Below, piece after piece: positions 23,956-33,686 of a DNA stretch of 45,189 nt (positions within the stretch are counted from its first letter, which is position 1; every line of letters starts with the position of its first letter). The stretch is from a virus, in IMG/VR virus record IMGVR_UViG_3300045988_017593, positions 1 through 45,189 of that record. One strand, written 5' to 3'. The notes under the pieces are model-generated. The model saw only the letters and a list, made by a program, of their open reading frames with translations. It was not told where the DNA came from and made no database searches. The position numbers were made by a program, and so were the translations under genes.

Positions 23956-24777
23956 ATGGCAGAGAACACAAAGAAACCCGCCGGCGAACAGCCGGCCGCT
24001 GCCGCCGATCAGGCTGAGCCCGTTGCGAGCTGTCTGTCCCTTCGGCAGAAGCTCGTTGAAATGCGGAAAGCCTGCCCGGAGATCGTGAAGAAGCAGCACA
24101 GCGACGGCGTCAGCTACAAGTACGCCAAGATCTACGACGTGTGGGAGAAGATCACCCCGATCATGAACGCTCTCGGCGTCGACTTCGATGTCATCCGCGA
24201 GGAGGCCACGAAGCACAGCGACAACGGCGACCCGCTCTACTGGATCACCATGCAGACCAAGACGAGGAACGGCGACAAGCTCATGTTCCTCTATGAGGCC
24301 GACCTGACGATCCGCTGGACAAATCTCAATAACGAGGACGAGACCATCGAGGCCACGATCCACGCCCTCGGCTGGAACGATGACCCGGCCAAGGCCAAAG
24401 GCGCGGCCCACACCTACGCCCTGAAATACTACCTTTTCGAGAAGTTCACCGTCGACCAAGGCGAGGACGATCCTGACAACAGTGACTTCAGCGCACAGGG
24501 CAAAGGATCCAGCGGATCCGGCAGCCAGCAGCAGCGGAGCCAGCAAGGTCAGCAACGTCAGGGCACCGGCAAGCTCAGCGACGCTCAACTCGGCCGGCTC
24601 TATAAGAAGGCCGAAGCCGCCGGTATGACCAAGGAGCGCACCGACGCCCGCATCCTCGAGAAATACAAGAAGCAGGATCCCGCCACCCTGAGCCGTCAGG
24701 AGTACGACGAGATCTGCGCATCCCTCGACGCTGCGGCAGCACAGCACAACCAGCAAGGAGGTCAGCAGAATGTATAA
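23956..24777 (+). CDS. ERF-family single-strand annealing protein
   Basis: VSYKYAKIYDVWEKITPIMNALGV...AKGAAHTYALKYYLFEKF is typical of the ERF superfamily. Confidence 0.75.
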   Translation: MAENTKKPAGEQPAAAADQAEPVASCLSLRQKLVEMRKACPEIVKKQHSDGVSYKYAKIYDVWEKITPIMNALGVDFDVIREEATKHSDNGDPLYWITMQTKTRNGDKLMFLYEADLTIRWTNLNNEDETIEATIHALGWNDDPAKAKGAAHTYALKYYLFEKFTVDQGEDDPDNSDFSAQGKGSSGSGSQQQRSQQGQQRQGTGKLSDAQLGRLYKKAEAAGMTKERTDARILEKYKKQDPATLSRQEYDEICASLDAAAAQHNQQGGQQNV

Positions 24778-25189
24778 CCATGTAGGACTTCAGGGCCGGC
24801 TCACGGCCGACCCTGAGCTCAGATATACCGCGCAGGGCACAGCGATCACCAGCTTCACCCTCGCGAGCGATACCGGCCGAAAAACGGCCAACGGGGACAG
24901 GATCACCCACTTCATCGACTGCGTGGCGTGGCGCCAGCAGGCCGAGTTTGTCAGCAAGTACCTCAGCAAGGGCCGCCTCGTGATCGTCGAGGGCGAGCTC
25001 GGCAGTCGCAGCTATGAGGACAAGGACGGAAACCGCCGCAAGGCCGTCGAGATCACCGTCAGGAGCATCCACTTCAGCGACAGCAAGAAGGACGGCCAGA
25101 GCGCCGGTCAGCAGGGCCAGAGCGACGACTTCGCCTGCCCGGATGGCTTCACGGAGGTGCCGCTCAATGACGACGACCTTCCCTTCTAA
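24770..25189 (+). CDS. ssb: Single-stranded DNA-binding protein
   Basis: OB-fold N-terminus MYNHVGLQGRLTADPELRYT and an acidic tip DDDLPF. Confidence 0.9.
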   Translation: MYNHVGLQGRLTADPELRYTAQGTAITSFTLASDTGRKTANGDRITHFIDCVAWRQQAEFVSKYLSKGRLVIVEGELGSRSYEDKDGNRRKAVEITVRSIHFSDSKKDGQSAGQQGQSDDFACPDGFTEVPLNDDDLPF

Positions 25190-25264
25190 CCAAACCGCCG
25201 GACAACCGGCGGCTGACCAAATAGCAGCCACGACAATGCGACCACACGAAAGGAGGTGACGACC

Positions 25265-26113
25265 GTGGCATGGATCCAAGTGCATCAGACCCTAAAAGAT
25301 CACCGCAAGCTCTACGACGCAGCCGACGAGCTCGAGGTAACCCCGCCTCACATGATGGGGCTGCTGATCTCCTTCTGGCTGTGGGCCCTCGACAACGCCC
25401 CCACGGGGCAGCTCACCGGCATCACGCCGCGCATGATCGCTCGGGCCGCTCAGTATGATGGCCCGGCCGAAAAGCTGGCCGGAGCGCTGATCCGGGCCGG
25501 CTGGCTGGATGAAAAAGAGGACGGAGACCTCGAGATCCACGACTGGTACGAGTACGCCGGCAAGCTGATCGACCAGAGGCAGGCCGAAAAAGAGCGCTCA
25601 CAGCGCCGCCGCGCTGCTGCCTCCGCGGCCGCCCGCGAAACTCCCGACGACCACCAAACGCCCGGCGGTCGTCCGAAGGGGGGCCGAAAGAAAACCGCAG
25701 GCAGAGTAGACCAGACCAGAGAAGATAACACCAGAGAAGGTAAAGACCCCCCTTCCCCCTCTGGCGAGGGGGCTGACGGCGACAAGCCGACGGCCATCGA
25801 AGTCAGATTTGCCGAGTTCTGGAAGGAATATCCGAAGAAGGTCGCCAAGGCGACAGCCCTGAAGGCATGGAAACGCCTGAAGCCGACCGCCGAGCTGCAT
25901 GACGCCATCATGCACGCTCTGGACGAGCAAAAGCGGACGGAGCAGTGGCGCCGGGAGAACGGTCGCTTCATTCCAAACCCGGCCACATGGCTCAACGGCG
26001 GCTACTGGGAGAACGAGGTCGAGGAGGTGACAGTGGATGAAGCAGATCGGAGAGATCCTGAAGGCGACGACGCCGGCCGAAACTGGACGAAGGGCTTCAA
26101 GTCTGACGACTGA
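25265..26113 (+). CDS. Replication initiation / replisome organiser-like protein
   Basis: Lies upstream of the DnaC-like loader. C-terminal FAEFWKEYPKKVAKATALKAWKRL...NPATWLNGGYWENE motif is common in phage replication proteins. GTG 25265 lies 9 nt after AGGAGG. Confidence 0.55.
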   Translation: MAWIQVHQTLKDHRKLYDAADELEVTPPHMMGLLISFWLWALDNAPTGQLTGITPRMIARAAQYDGPAEKLAGALIRAGWLDEKEDGDLEIHDWYEYAGKLIDQRQAEKERSQRRRAAASAAARETPDDHQTPGGRPKGGRKKTAGRVDQTREDNTREGKDPPSPSGEGADGDKPTAIEVRFAEFWKEYPKKVAKATALKAWKRLKPTAELHDAIMHALDEQKRTEQWRRENGRFIPNPATWLNGGYWENEVEEVTVDEADRRDPEGDDAGRNWTKGFKSDD

Positions 26114-27011
26114 GCCGGACGATGACACGAGCATCAACTTCAACGTCAGAAGCGACTCCCCTGAGTATGCCGGCAAGCCCGGCACCCCCGACCCGGTCGC
26201 CTGCGAGTTCTGCGGGGCCCCTCGATACCACAAGGGGATCAAGTTCTGCGGGCGGGTAACGTGGATGCCATACGGCGCCGAGCGCTGCACCTGTCCCGAG
26301 GCTGTGGCTGCCTACGAGAAAGTGGAAGCAGAACGCCGAGCCCGGGAAGAAGCCGAGCGAAAGGCTGAAGAAGATCGCCGGCTGCGCGAGAAGATCCAGA
26401 AGATCATCGGCGAGTCGGGCATGGGTGAGCGCTTCCTGCGCCGCACCTTCGACAGCTTCCAGATCACCGAGAACAACCGAAAGGCAGCCGCGACAGCCAA
26501 GAGATACGCCGACGCCTTCGACGATCTGCTGCCGAAACGTGGAGGGCCGGAGCCCGGCCGCAACGGTCTGTTTATCGCAGGGCCACCCGGCACCGGCAAG
26601 ACTCACCTCGCCGCTGCCATCGCCAATCACCTGATCCGGCAGGGCCGCCCGGTCGTCTGCATGACCATGATCGACCTACTGGAGCGCATCAGGCGCACAT
26701 ACTCCCGCAGCGACGTCGACGAGGGCAGCGTGCTGAAGCTCTACAAGAGCGTCCCGCTCCTCGTGATCGACGACATCGGGAAGGAGCCGCCGACAGAGTG
26801 GGCGATCTCGACCATTTACAGCATCATCAACGGCCGCTACGAGGCATACCTGCCGACCATAGTGACCACCAACTACGACACCGAGACCCTGATCCGACGC
26901 ATGACACCGAAGGACACCGGGGACAACACCACGGCGCGGGCCACCATCGACCGGCTGATGGAAATGTGCAGAGCCATCGCCCTCACCGGCGAGAGCTGGC
27001 GCCAGAAATAG
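26037..27011 (+). CDS. DnaC/IstB-like AAA+ helicase loader
   Basis: Walker A GPPGTGKTHL, Walker B LLVIDDIG and TTNY. Confidence 0.85.
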   Translation: MKQIGEILKATTPAETGRRASSLTTEPDDDTSINFNVRSDSPEYAGKPGTPDPVACEFCGAPRYHKGIKFCGRVTWMPYGAERCTCPEAVAAYEKVEAERRAREEAERKAEEDRRLREKIQKIIGESGMGERFLRRTFDSFQITENNRKAAATAKRYADAFDDLLPKRGGPEPGRNGLFIAGPPGTGKTHLAAAIANHLIRQGRPVVCMTMIDLLERIRRTYSRSDVDEGSVLKLYKSVPLLVIDDIGKEPPTEWAISTIYSIINGRYEAYLPTIVTTNYDTETLIRRMTPKDTGDNTTARATIDRLMEMCRAIALTGESWRQK

Positions 27012-27020
27012 GAGGACAGC

Positions 27021-27539
27021 ATGAAAAAAGTCTATATTTGCTCCCCCTGCCGCGGGGACTACGAGAACAACATCCAGAGAGCCAAGGAATACAGCCGCGC
27101 CGCAGCGATGCAGGGCTGCATCCCCATCACCCCTCACATATTCCTGACGCAGTTCATGGACGACACCATCCCGGCCGAGCGTGAGCTGGCGCTGAGCATG
27201 GGCCGCGAGCTGGTGCTCATGTGCTCCGAGCTGTGGGCCTTCGGGCTCGACCACCCCTCTGCCGGCATGGCTGTTGAGATCGAGCTTGCCAAGGAGCGCG
27301 GGATCCCCGTCCTCAACGGCTTCGAGGCCATCAGCAAGATCGGAGATCCTGAGCCTGAAGCTGAGGAGCTGCCTGAGATCGGCGGCGTGACCATCCACCT
27401 GCCGACGCCGCCCGGCTTCGGGCCCGGATCTGTCAGCGTGGAGCTCGACGGCAACATCATCCTCGACATCGCCGACCGCCTGCGAATGGATCCCGGGACT
27501 CACTTCGAGATCGGCCCGGGAGGTGACAGTTGTGACTAA
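27021..27539 (+). CDS. DUF4406 / nucleoside 2-deoxyribosyltransferase-like protein
   Basis: MKKVYICSPCRGD...IPITPHIF...CSELWAFG...SAGMAVEIELAKERGIPV pattern. Confidence 0.55.
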   Translation: MKKVYICSPCRGDYENNIQRAKEYSRAAAMQGCIPITPHIFLTQFMDDTIPAERELALSMGRELVLMCSELWAFGLDHPSAGMAVEIELAKERGIPVLNGFEAISKIGDPEPEAEELPEIGGVTIHLPTPPGFGPGSVSVELDGNIILDIADRLRMDPGTHFEIGPGGDSCD

Positions 27540-28131
27540 CCGCTACGACCCACGCAAAAACGCCGAAGGCTATCGCGACCCGACGCCCTACGAGGCCGAG
27601 AAGAACATCCGGCGCCAGATCACCGGGCAGCGCTCAAGAGTCGCCGGGGAGCACTTCGAGAACATGATCTCAGCCTCCTGCGACTACTACCTCGAGCGCG
27701 GGATCGCCAAGATCGAAAAGACGCCGGAGCCGATGAAGCCGCTCGGCGCCAAAAACCGCAAGGGGCAGTTCATGGCCTGCTACACCAAGCAGGCGCAGCC
27801 TGACTACGGCGGCACCCTGAAGGGCGGTCGGAGCATCTACTTCGAGGCGAAGCACACGGACGACGACCGCATCGAGCAGCGCCGACTCACCCAAGAGCAG
27901 CAGGATGACCTCGAGGCCCACCACCGCCTCGGCGCTCTCTCCTTCGTGCTGGTCAGCTTCGGCCTCTGCGACTTCTACCGCGTCCCGTGGCCGGTATGGA
28001 GGGACATGGCCGAAACATACGGCCGCAAGTACATCAAGCAGGCCGAGCTCGAGCGCTATGAGGTGCCGGCCGTGGCCGGGTACATCAAACTGCTGGACGG
28101 CATCGAGATCCCCGGGGAGGTGACGCCATGA
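27532..28131 (+). CDS. recU: RecU-type Holliday junction resolvase
   Basis: GEHFENMISASCDYYLERGIAKIEKTPEP...DYGGTLKGGRSIYFEAKHT matches RecU signatures. Confidence 0.75.
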   Translation: MTNRYDPRKNAEGYRDPTPYEAEKNIRRQITGQRSRVAGEHFENMISASCDYYLERGIAKIEKTPEPMKPLGAKNRKGQFMACYTKQAQPDYGGTLKGGRSIYFEAKHTDDDRIEQRRLTQEQQDDLEAHHRLGALSFVLVSFGLCDFYRVPWPVWRDMAETYGRKYIKQAELERYEVPAVAGYIKLLDGIEIPGEVTP

Positions 28132-28319
28132 AGGACACGGTCGAGGCCAGGGCTCTGAAGATCGCCGCCCGGGTCATGCAAGCCGCCGGCTGCTGCCGCT
28201 ACGAGGACGTCAGCCAGTGCCGGAGGATCCACGTCGACGAGGCCACCTGCGACAAGTGTATCAGGGATTGGCTGATCTCCAAGGCAAAGCGAGAGCTCAA
28301 AAAGGAGGCGGCGCGATGA
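28128..28319 (+). CDS. Small Cys-containing hypothetical protein
   Basis: 63-aa ORF, translationally coupled on both sides. Confidence 0.45.
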   Translation: MKDTVEARALKIAARVMQAAGCCRYEDVSQCRRIHVDEATCDKCIRDWLISKAKRELKKEAAR

Positions 28320-28672
28320 TAAGGATCGGCAGCTACTACCACCTCGCGGCCGGAGAGATCGAGGCGATCACGCAGGATCAGACGGCCGGCGAGTACCCGC
28401 ACCGCCTGAAGATCACGACGAGGGCCGGCCACGAATACAGCATCACCTACCAAAACAAGACACAGCGAGACCGAGAGGCTGCAAGGATCGCCGCAGAGAT
28501 CGACCGCGAAACCAGAGAGCAGACCATCACCATCGACGTCGTCCGCTACATCGTGGCAGCCGAGATCGACAAGCTGCGCCCGTACCTTCGCCGCATCGAG
28601 AAGGCAACGAAACCCGGAAAGGAGGCCAATGATGAACACCACCACAAGAGAGACTCGGCGTCAGAGCTATGA
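28316..28672 (+). CDS. Hypothetical protein
   Basis: ATG overlaps the upstream stop. 118 aa. Confidence 0.45.
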   Translation: MIRIGSYYHLAAGEIEAITQDQTAGEYPHRLKITTRAGHEYSITYQNKTQRDREAARIAAEIDRETREQTITIDVVRYIVAAEIDKLRPYLRRIEKATKPGKEANDEHHHKRDSASEL

Positions 28673-28916
28673 CGCCATCATCCCGAAGCGCGGGAAGCGC
28701 TGCCGCCTGATCCTTGAGACCCTCGGCAGCCGCCAGATGACGGCAAGCGAGATCACCGAGGAGCTCGTCACCGCCGGCAAGATCCCGTACTTCAACCGCA
28801 ACTACGTCGCCCCGAGGCTCACCGAGCTGAAGGAGATGGGAGTCCTCGAGACGGTCGGCCGCAGGAAGGCCACCAGATCGGAAGCGACCGAGGCCGTATG
28901 GGCCAGAAAGGAGTAA
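28629..28916 (+). CDS. Winged-helix DNA-binding protein
   Basis: ILETLGSRQMTASEITEELV...YVAPRLTELKEMGVLE is a MarR/wHTH-like pattern. Confidence 0.55.
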   Translation: MMNTTTRETRRQSYDAIIPKRGKRCRLILETLGSRQMTASEITEELVTAGKIPYFNRNYVAPRLTELKEMGVLETVGRRKATRSEATEAVWARKE

Positions 28917-28920
28917 ACCC

Positions 28921-29286
28921 ATGAACGAAACCCGCAACAGCATCCTCCAGATGGCAAAGGGCGCCTTCGAGGAGCGCGTCGACTACGAGATGACCCGCGT
29001 GATCGACAACATTCTCGACCGTAACACCAAAGCCACCGCAAAGCGCAAGATCACCCTCACCATCGAGCTGACACCCGACGACGAGCGCCGCCAGATCCAA
29101 GTCGCCGTGACGGCCAAGTCTACCCTCGCAGCCACCAACCCCGTCGCGACGTCCCTCTGCATCACCAGCGACGGCAACGGCGAAATGGTCGTGGCCGAAA
29201 TGGTGCCGCAGATCCCCGGCCAGCTCAACATCGACGGGACTCAGCAGGAACACCCGAAGATCCTGAAACTGCTCGCATCGAGCTAA
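28921..29286 (+). CDS. Hypothetical protein
   Basis: 121-aa ORF with high GC3. Confidence 0.5.
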   Translation: MNETRNSILQMAKGAFEERVDYEMTRVIDNILDRNTKATAKRKITLTIELTPDDERRQIQVAVTAKSTLAATNPVATSLCITSDGNGEMVVAEMVPQIPGQLNIDGTQQEHPKILKLLASS

Positions 29287-29308
29287 CACATAGAAGGAGG
29301 ACAACACA

Positions 29309-30022
29309 ATGCTCGCAAAAATGATAGATAAGATCGTAAGCCTGAAGGAGACCAAGACCTTCGAGATCGGCGGCCAGACCTATGCCGACAGCAACCTGAC
29401 CCGCATCCCTCCCCATGTGGATCGCCCTGACTGCATCAGCGTCAGCGGTCTGGACGGGATCTGCAAGCTGATCCGCACCGAGCTCGAGAAGGTCGGCACC
29501 GTCATCATGGTGCAGGCCAAGGCTCACAACGAGGTCGAGGTCATGACCACATACCTCGGCGACTTCTCCCGCAATATGCTCTACAAGGCCAAAGCAGACG
29601 CGCCCGGCCTGCGCACGGGCTTCAGAGGCCGCGAAGTGGCCCTGATCGAGCTGCGCAGTCTGTTCATCCCCAACGAGGGCACCGCGTACCTGCTCGACCT
29701 GCTCTCCAGAATGACCGACGAGAACAGCGTCACAACCCGGGACAACGGAGTCACGCAGCAGGTGGAAGCCAAGCAGGGCGTCAGCCTCAATATGCTGGTC
29801 GACATCAAGCCTCGCGTCCAGCTCCAGCCCTTCCGCACATTCCTTGAGATCGCACAGCCTGAGAGTGAGTTCCTGATCCGCGTGGATCCGCAGGAGGGGA
29901 TCGGCTTCTTCGAGGCTGACGGCGGCATCTGGAAGCTCGAGGCCAAGAAGAACATCGCCGACTACTTCAACACGCACCTCGCCGATCTGATCGAGGCCGG
30001 CAAGGTCGTCGTCATGCAGTAA
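29309..30022 (+). CDS. Hypothetical protein
   Basis: 237-aa ORF with SD GAAGGAGGACAACACAATG. Confidence 0.55.
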   Translation: MLAKMIDKIVSLKETKTFEIGGQTYADSNLTRIPPHVDRPDCISVSGLDGICKLIRTELEKVGTVIMVQAKAHNEVEVMTTYLGDFSRNMLYKAKADAPGLRTGFRGREVALIELRSLFIPNEGTAYLLDLLSRMTDENSVTTRDNGVTQQVEAKQGVSLNMLVDIKPRVQLQPFRTFLEIAQPESEFLIRVDPQEGIGFFEADGGIWKLEAKKNIADYFNTHLADLIEAGKVVVMQ

Positions 30023-30075
30023 GGATCCGGCCGGGCGGGCTGCGGCCCGCTCGGCTTCACTGAAAGGAGCACACC

Positions 30076-30861
30076 ATGAGCGAATACAAACCCCTGACAC
30101 GCAAGAAGGTCAACGCAGAGCCCGGCGCTCTCGACCGCTTCACAAAGGAGACACATCTCATTCAGGACTGGAGTGACAAGATGCTCGACCTGATGCTGAA
30201 CGGCCCCACGCTCAACGCCATCAACAAGGACGAGCTCAGGGCCATGCTGCGGCAGCTCTACACCGCCCTGAAGGGCTACGAGAAGATCGGATCGATGGCC
30301 TCACCCTTCATGAATGACCCATGCGCCATCGTGGCGCTCGCCTTCGACGAGCTCTACCCCGGCATCGAATACTACGCGCAGCTCGTCCCCGGTCTGACTG
30401 ACGACGACCAGCGGCCGGCTTACGGCGTGACCATATTCCCGGACGACGGCAGCACGCCCGTCGTCTGCATCTCGGCAGAGGCGCCGATCAGCGCAGCGCC
30501 CGAGCTCCTGTCTCACGAGCTGGCCCACGTCGCAGTCGGCGAGGAAGCCGGCCACGGCCCCGAGTGGGAAGCTGCTGAGGCTGCCATCTTCGAGAAATAC
30601 AACCAGATCCTCGACGCCATGATCCCCGACAAGCCTGAAGGCTTCACCATCACGCCACACCAGATCGGCGACGGCGGGATCCTCACGCTGCCTATGAAGG
30701 CAAACATCCCCGACCCCGGCCGCGAGGACTGGAAGCTCGTCACCTGCCCGATCTGTGGGAGCGAATGTTGGGAGAGCGATCTCGCCCGGCAGGCCCTCGC
30801 AGCCGAGCCCGACCTGCGGGCCGCTTGTACGGCCTGCGCCCTGAAAGGAGGCAAATCATGA
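30076..30861 (+). CDS. SprT-like zinc metallopeptidase with C-terminal zinc ribbon
   Basis: HELAHVAVGEEAGHGPEW (HExxH...GHG..W) and CPICGSEC...CTAC. Confidence 0.55.
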   Translation: MSEYKPLTRKKVNAEPGALDRFTKETHLIQDWSDKMLDLMLNGPTLNAINKDELRAMLRQLYTALKGYEKIGSMASPFMNDPCAIVALAFDELYPGIEYYAQLVPGLTDDDQRPAYGVTIFPDDGSTPVVCISAEAPISAAPELLSHELAHVAVGEEAGHGPEWEAAEAAIFEKYNQILDAMIPDKPEGFTITPHQIGDGGILTLPMKANIPDPGREDWKLVTCPICGSECWESDLARQALAAEPDLRAACTACALKGGKS

Positions 30862-31220
30862 AAGACAACAAAACCAGCGCGACCGGCGGCGGGATCTTCC
30901 TGAGCCTGCTGGCCGTCGCCTTCATCGTCCTGAAGCTCACCGGCTTCATCGACTGGAGCTGGCTGTGGGTGCTGGCTCCGCTCTGGATCCCCACCGCCAT
31001 CGCCATCGTCATCATCCTGATCGTCCTCGTGGTCGCCGTCGTGAAGGTCACGGCGCAGCAGGTGGAGGAAAACCAGAGAGCCGACGCCGCTGCGGCCTCC
31101 GTGGACGCCGATGCTGCCAAGTACGGCCTCGAGCGCCAGCCCGGAGAGTCAAACGTCGAGCTCAAGCGCCGGATCGCCTACTTCAAGCAGGCAGAACGGA
31201 GGGCCCGCCATGACCGCTGA
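30858..31220 (+). CDS. Integral membrane protein
   Basis: Three hydrophobic segments (GIFLSLLAVAFIVL, WLWVLAPLWIP, AIAIVIILIVLVVAVV). Confidence 0.55.
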   Translation: MKDNKTSATGGGIFLSLLAVAFIVLKLTGFIDWSWLWVLAPLWIPTAIAIVIILIVLVVAVVKVTAQQVEENQRADAAAASVDADAAKYGLERQPGESNVELKRRIAYFKQAERRARHDR

Positions 31221-31509
31221 GGAACGCAGCACGCTCCTGAAGCGTGCGATCACCACCTACGGCACCCGGGCACAAGCCGACATGGCCGTCGAGGAGATGG
31301 CTGAGCTGACGAAGGCCATCTGCAAGACCAGACGAGCGCAGCCCGGCCCCGAGCTGGCCGCCGCGGTCGAGAACGTCGTCGAGGAGATCGCAGACGTCAG
31401 GATCATGCTCGACCAGCTCTGCATCATCTACGGCGTCGACACCAGTGAGGTCGAGGAGGCCAAGCTGCACCGGCTCGCCGGGCGTCTCGAGGAGGTGCCC
31501 CATGACTAA
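31210..31509 (+). CDS. MazG-like nucleotide pyrophosphohydrolase
   Basis: MAVEEMAELTKAI...VVEEIADVRIMLDQL is the EExxE...ExxD helix pattern of small phage MazG proteins. Confidence 0.65.
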   Translation: MTAEERSTLLKRAITTYGTRAQADMAVEEMAELTKAICKTRRAQPGPELAAAVENVVEEIADVRIMLDQLCIIYGVDTSEVEEAKLHRLAGRLEEVPHD

Positions 31510-31771
31510 GTCAACCTGCCGAGGCTGCGGCGCTCCGATCCTCTGGATCAAGACCCCGGGCGGGAAGTCCATGCCCTGCGATCCGGCGCCGGTCTATTAT
31601 AGGATTGCGCCCGGAGGCAAGGACAAGGTCGTCACCAACCGCGGCGAGGTAGTGAGCTGCGAGATCGTCAGCGGGGCCGACGCAACCGACGCAGGGTACC
31701 GGCCACACTGGGCCACCTGCCCGCAGGCCGGCAACTTCAAGAGAGGAGGCTCTGCCAATGGCAAACGATAA
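31502..31771 (+). CDS. Small zinc-ribbon protein
   Basis: CRGCGAPILW...MPCD...HWATCP. Confidence 0.5.
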   Translation: MTKSTCRGCGAPILWIKTPGGKSMPCDPAPVYYRIAPGGKDKVVTNRGEVVSCEIVSGADATDAGYRPHWATCPQAGNFKRGGSANGKR

Positions 31772-33146
31772 ACACCAAGCACCGCAGGGCCCGGAGATCT
31801 ACGAGTACCAGACAACAGCGGAGCCGAAGGCGCAGGCCGACGGCGTCCCTGTGTTTTGCGCCCATGACGCCATCGTCGACGTCAAGGAGCTCCAGCCCAA
31901 CCCGAAAAACCCCAACCAGCACCCGCCGGAGCAGATCAAAGCCCTCGGCGCCATCATCCGGGCAACCGGCTGGCGCGGCCCGATCACTGTCAGCACACGC
32001 TCCGGCCTGATCGTCAAGGGCCACGGCCGTCTCATGGCCGCCGAGCTCGAAGGTCTGAAGCAGGTGCCGGTCGACTACCAAAACTACGCGAGCGAGGCCG
32101 AGGAGCTGGCTGATCTGACGGCCGACAACCGCATCGCCGAGCTCGCCACCACCGACAACAGGATGCTCGCCGAGGTATTTGCGGACATAGACACCGGCGA
32201 GATCCCGTTCATGCTGTCCGGCTACACTGAGGAGGACTACGGAAATATCGTGACCGCGCTCTCTGAGGCCATCCACGAGAAGGAGCTGAAGGGCGACCCC
32301 GACGAGGAGATCCCGCTGCCCGCTGCGCCGGTCACTCAGTACGGCGACCTCTGGATCCTCGGCCAGCACCGCGTCCTCTGCGGCGACTGCACACGGCCGG
32401 AGGATCGAGCGCTGCTTCTGGACGGAGCGACGCCGGAGATCCTGCTGACCGACCCGCCCTACTGTTCAGGCGGCTCCAAGGAGTCGCAGAAGTCCACCGG
32501 CAGCATCGGCACCATGCGAAAAGATGGCAAGGCGCCGAAGATCGCCAACGACATCCTCAGCACCCGCGGCTACCAAAACCTGATCCGCGGAGCGCTGACC
32601 GACATCCCCTGCCTCTACGCCTACATCTTCACCGACTGGCGAATGTGGGTGTACCTGTTCGATCTGGTCGAGGCCGCCGGCTTCGGCGTCAAATCCGAGA
32701 TCGTATGGGACAAGGGCACGCCGGGCATGGGCGTCGGCTGGAGATCGCAGCATGAGCTCATACTGTTCGGAGCCAGAGCCGCCACGCACTTCGACGGCCA
32801 CAAAGGCTACGGCAACGTCCTGAGCGTCTCCCGCTCCGGGAATGAGCTGCACCCAACACAGAAACCCGTCGAGCTGCTGGAGAAGCTGGTCGACAACACG
32901 GACTTCGCCGCGGGCGTCTATGACCCCTTCGGAGGATCCGGCACAACAATGGCCGCCTGCGAGGCACACGGGCAGCCCTCGTACCTGATGGAGCTGACGC
33001 CAGCCTTCACCGATGTGATCGTGAAGCGCTACATCCGCATCACAGGCAATAACAACGTCCGCTGCGTCCGTCAAGGCAAGGAGCTCCCACGGGAAGCCAT
33101 CGCCGAGATCTTCGAGCCCGACGACGAAGGAGGTGAGCAGGAGTGA
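31758..33146 (+). CDS. ParB-like nuclease domain fused to a beta-class amino-DNA methyltransferase (N6A or N4C)
   Basis: ELQPNPKNPNQHP...GHGRLMAA (ParB N-terminal domain). DPPY motif (LLTDPPYC) precedes FGGSGTT. Confidence 0.8.
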   Translation: MANDKHQAPQGPEIYEYQTTAEPKAQADGVPVFCAHDAIVDVKELQPNPKNPNQHPPEQIKALGAIIRATGWRGPITVSTRSGLIVKGHGRLMAAELEGLKQVPVDYQNYASEAEELADLTADNRIAELATTDNRMLAEVFADIDTGEIPFMLSGYTEEDYGNIVTALSEAIHEKELKGDPDEEIPLPAAPVTQYGDLWILGQHRVLCGDCTRPEDRALLLDGATPEILLTDPPYCSGGSKESQKSTGSIGTMRKDGKAPKIANDILSTRGYQNLIRGALTDIPCLYAYIFTDWRMWVYLFDLVEAAGFGVKSEIVWDKGTPGMGVGWRSQHELILFGARAATHFDGHKGYGNVLSVSRSGNELHPTQKPVELLEKLVDNTDFAAGVYDPFGGSGTTMAACEAHGQPSYLMELTPAFTDVIVKRYIRITGNNNVRCVRQGKELPREAIAEIFEPDDEGGEQE

Positions 33147-33158
33147 CGCCCTGAAAAT

Positions 33159-33686
33159 ATGAACGAGCAACCGAAAACCAAGAGGATCAAAGACAGGCTC
33201 GCCGCGTACCTGAAGCTGCTGCGCGAGATCGACAACGAGGTCGAGCGCCTCGATCGCCTGCTCCTGACCTACGGCAGCCCACCCGGGCCAGATCTGTCAG
33301 GTATGCCACGGCCGAAGGGCGGCGTCTCCAACCGCGTCGCCGTAGAGGCAGCCAAGAAGATCGAGCTCGAGGATCACATCAAAGAGCTCAACGCCGAGGA
33401 GCGCGAAGAAAACCGGGCCATCGAGGCCATGCTGCGCCAGATCGACGACCCCGACAAGCGTGCCGTCATCCGGCTGCGCTACTTCGACCGGGCAGACTGG
33501 AACGACGTCGCCTTCGCTCTGTTCGGAACCGAGCCCGGCTACCTGACCCGTTCCGAGTCCTACCTGCGCCGCACCTATAAGATCCACGGCCGGGCCCTTC
33601 TGGATCTGGCTGACATACTGGAGCGAGAGGATCCCGGGGAAGTAAAAGGCAGTCAGGAGGTAGTAAAGGGGAACAAAAGGCATTGA
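33159..33686 (+). CDS. Sigma-70 region 4-like late transcriptional activator (RinA/ArpU/DUF1492-like)
   Basis: KRAVIRLRYFDRADWNDVAFALF...SYLRRTYKIHGRALLDLA. Position immediately upstream of the packaging and structural genes. Confidence 0.6.
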   Translation: MNEQPKTKRIKDRLAAYLKLLREIDNEVERLDRLLLTYGSPPGPDLSGMPRPKGGVSNRVAVEAAKKIELEDHIKELNAEEREENRAIEAMLRQIDDPDKRAVIRLRYFDRADWNDVAFALFGTEPGYLTRSESYLRRTYKIHGRALLDLADILEREDPGEVKGSQEVVKGNKRH

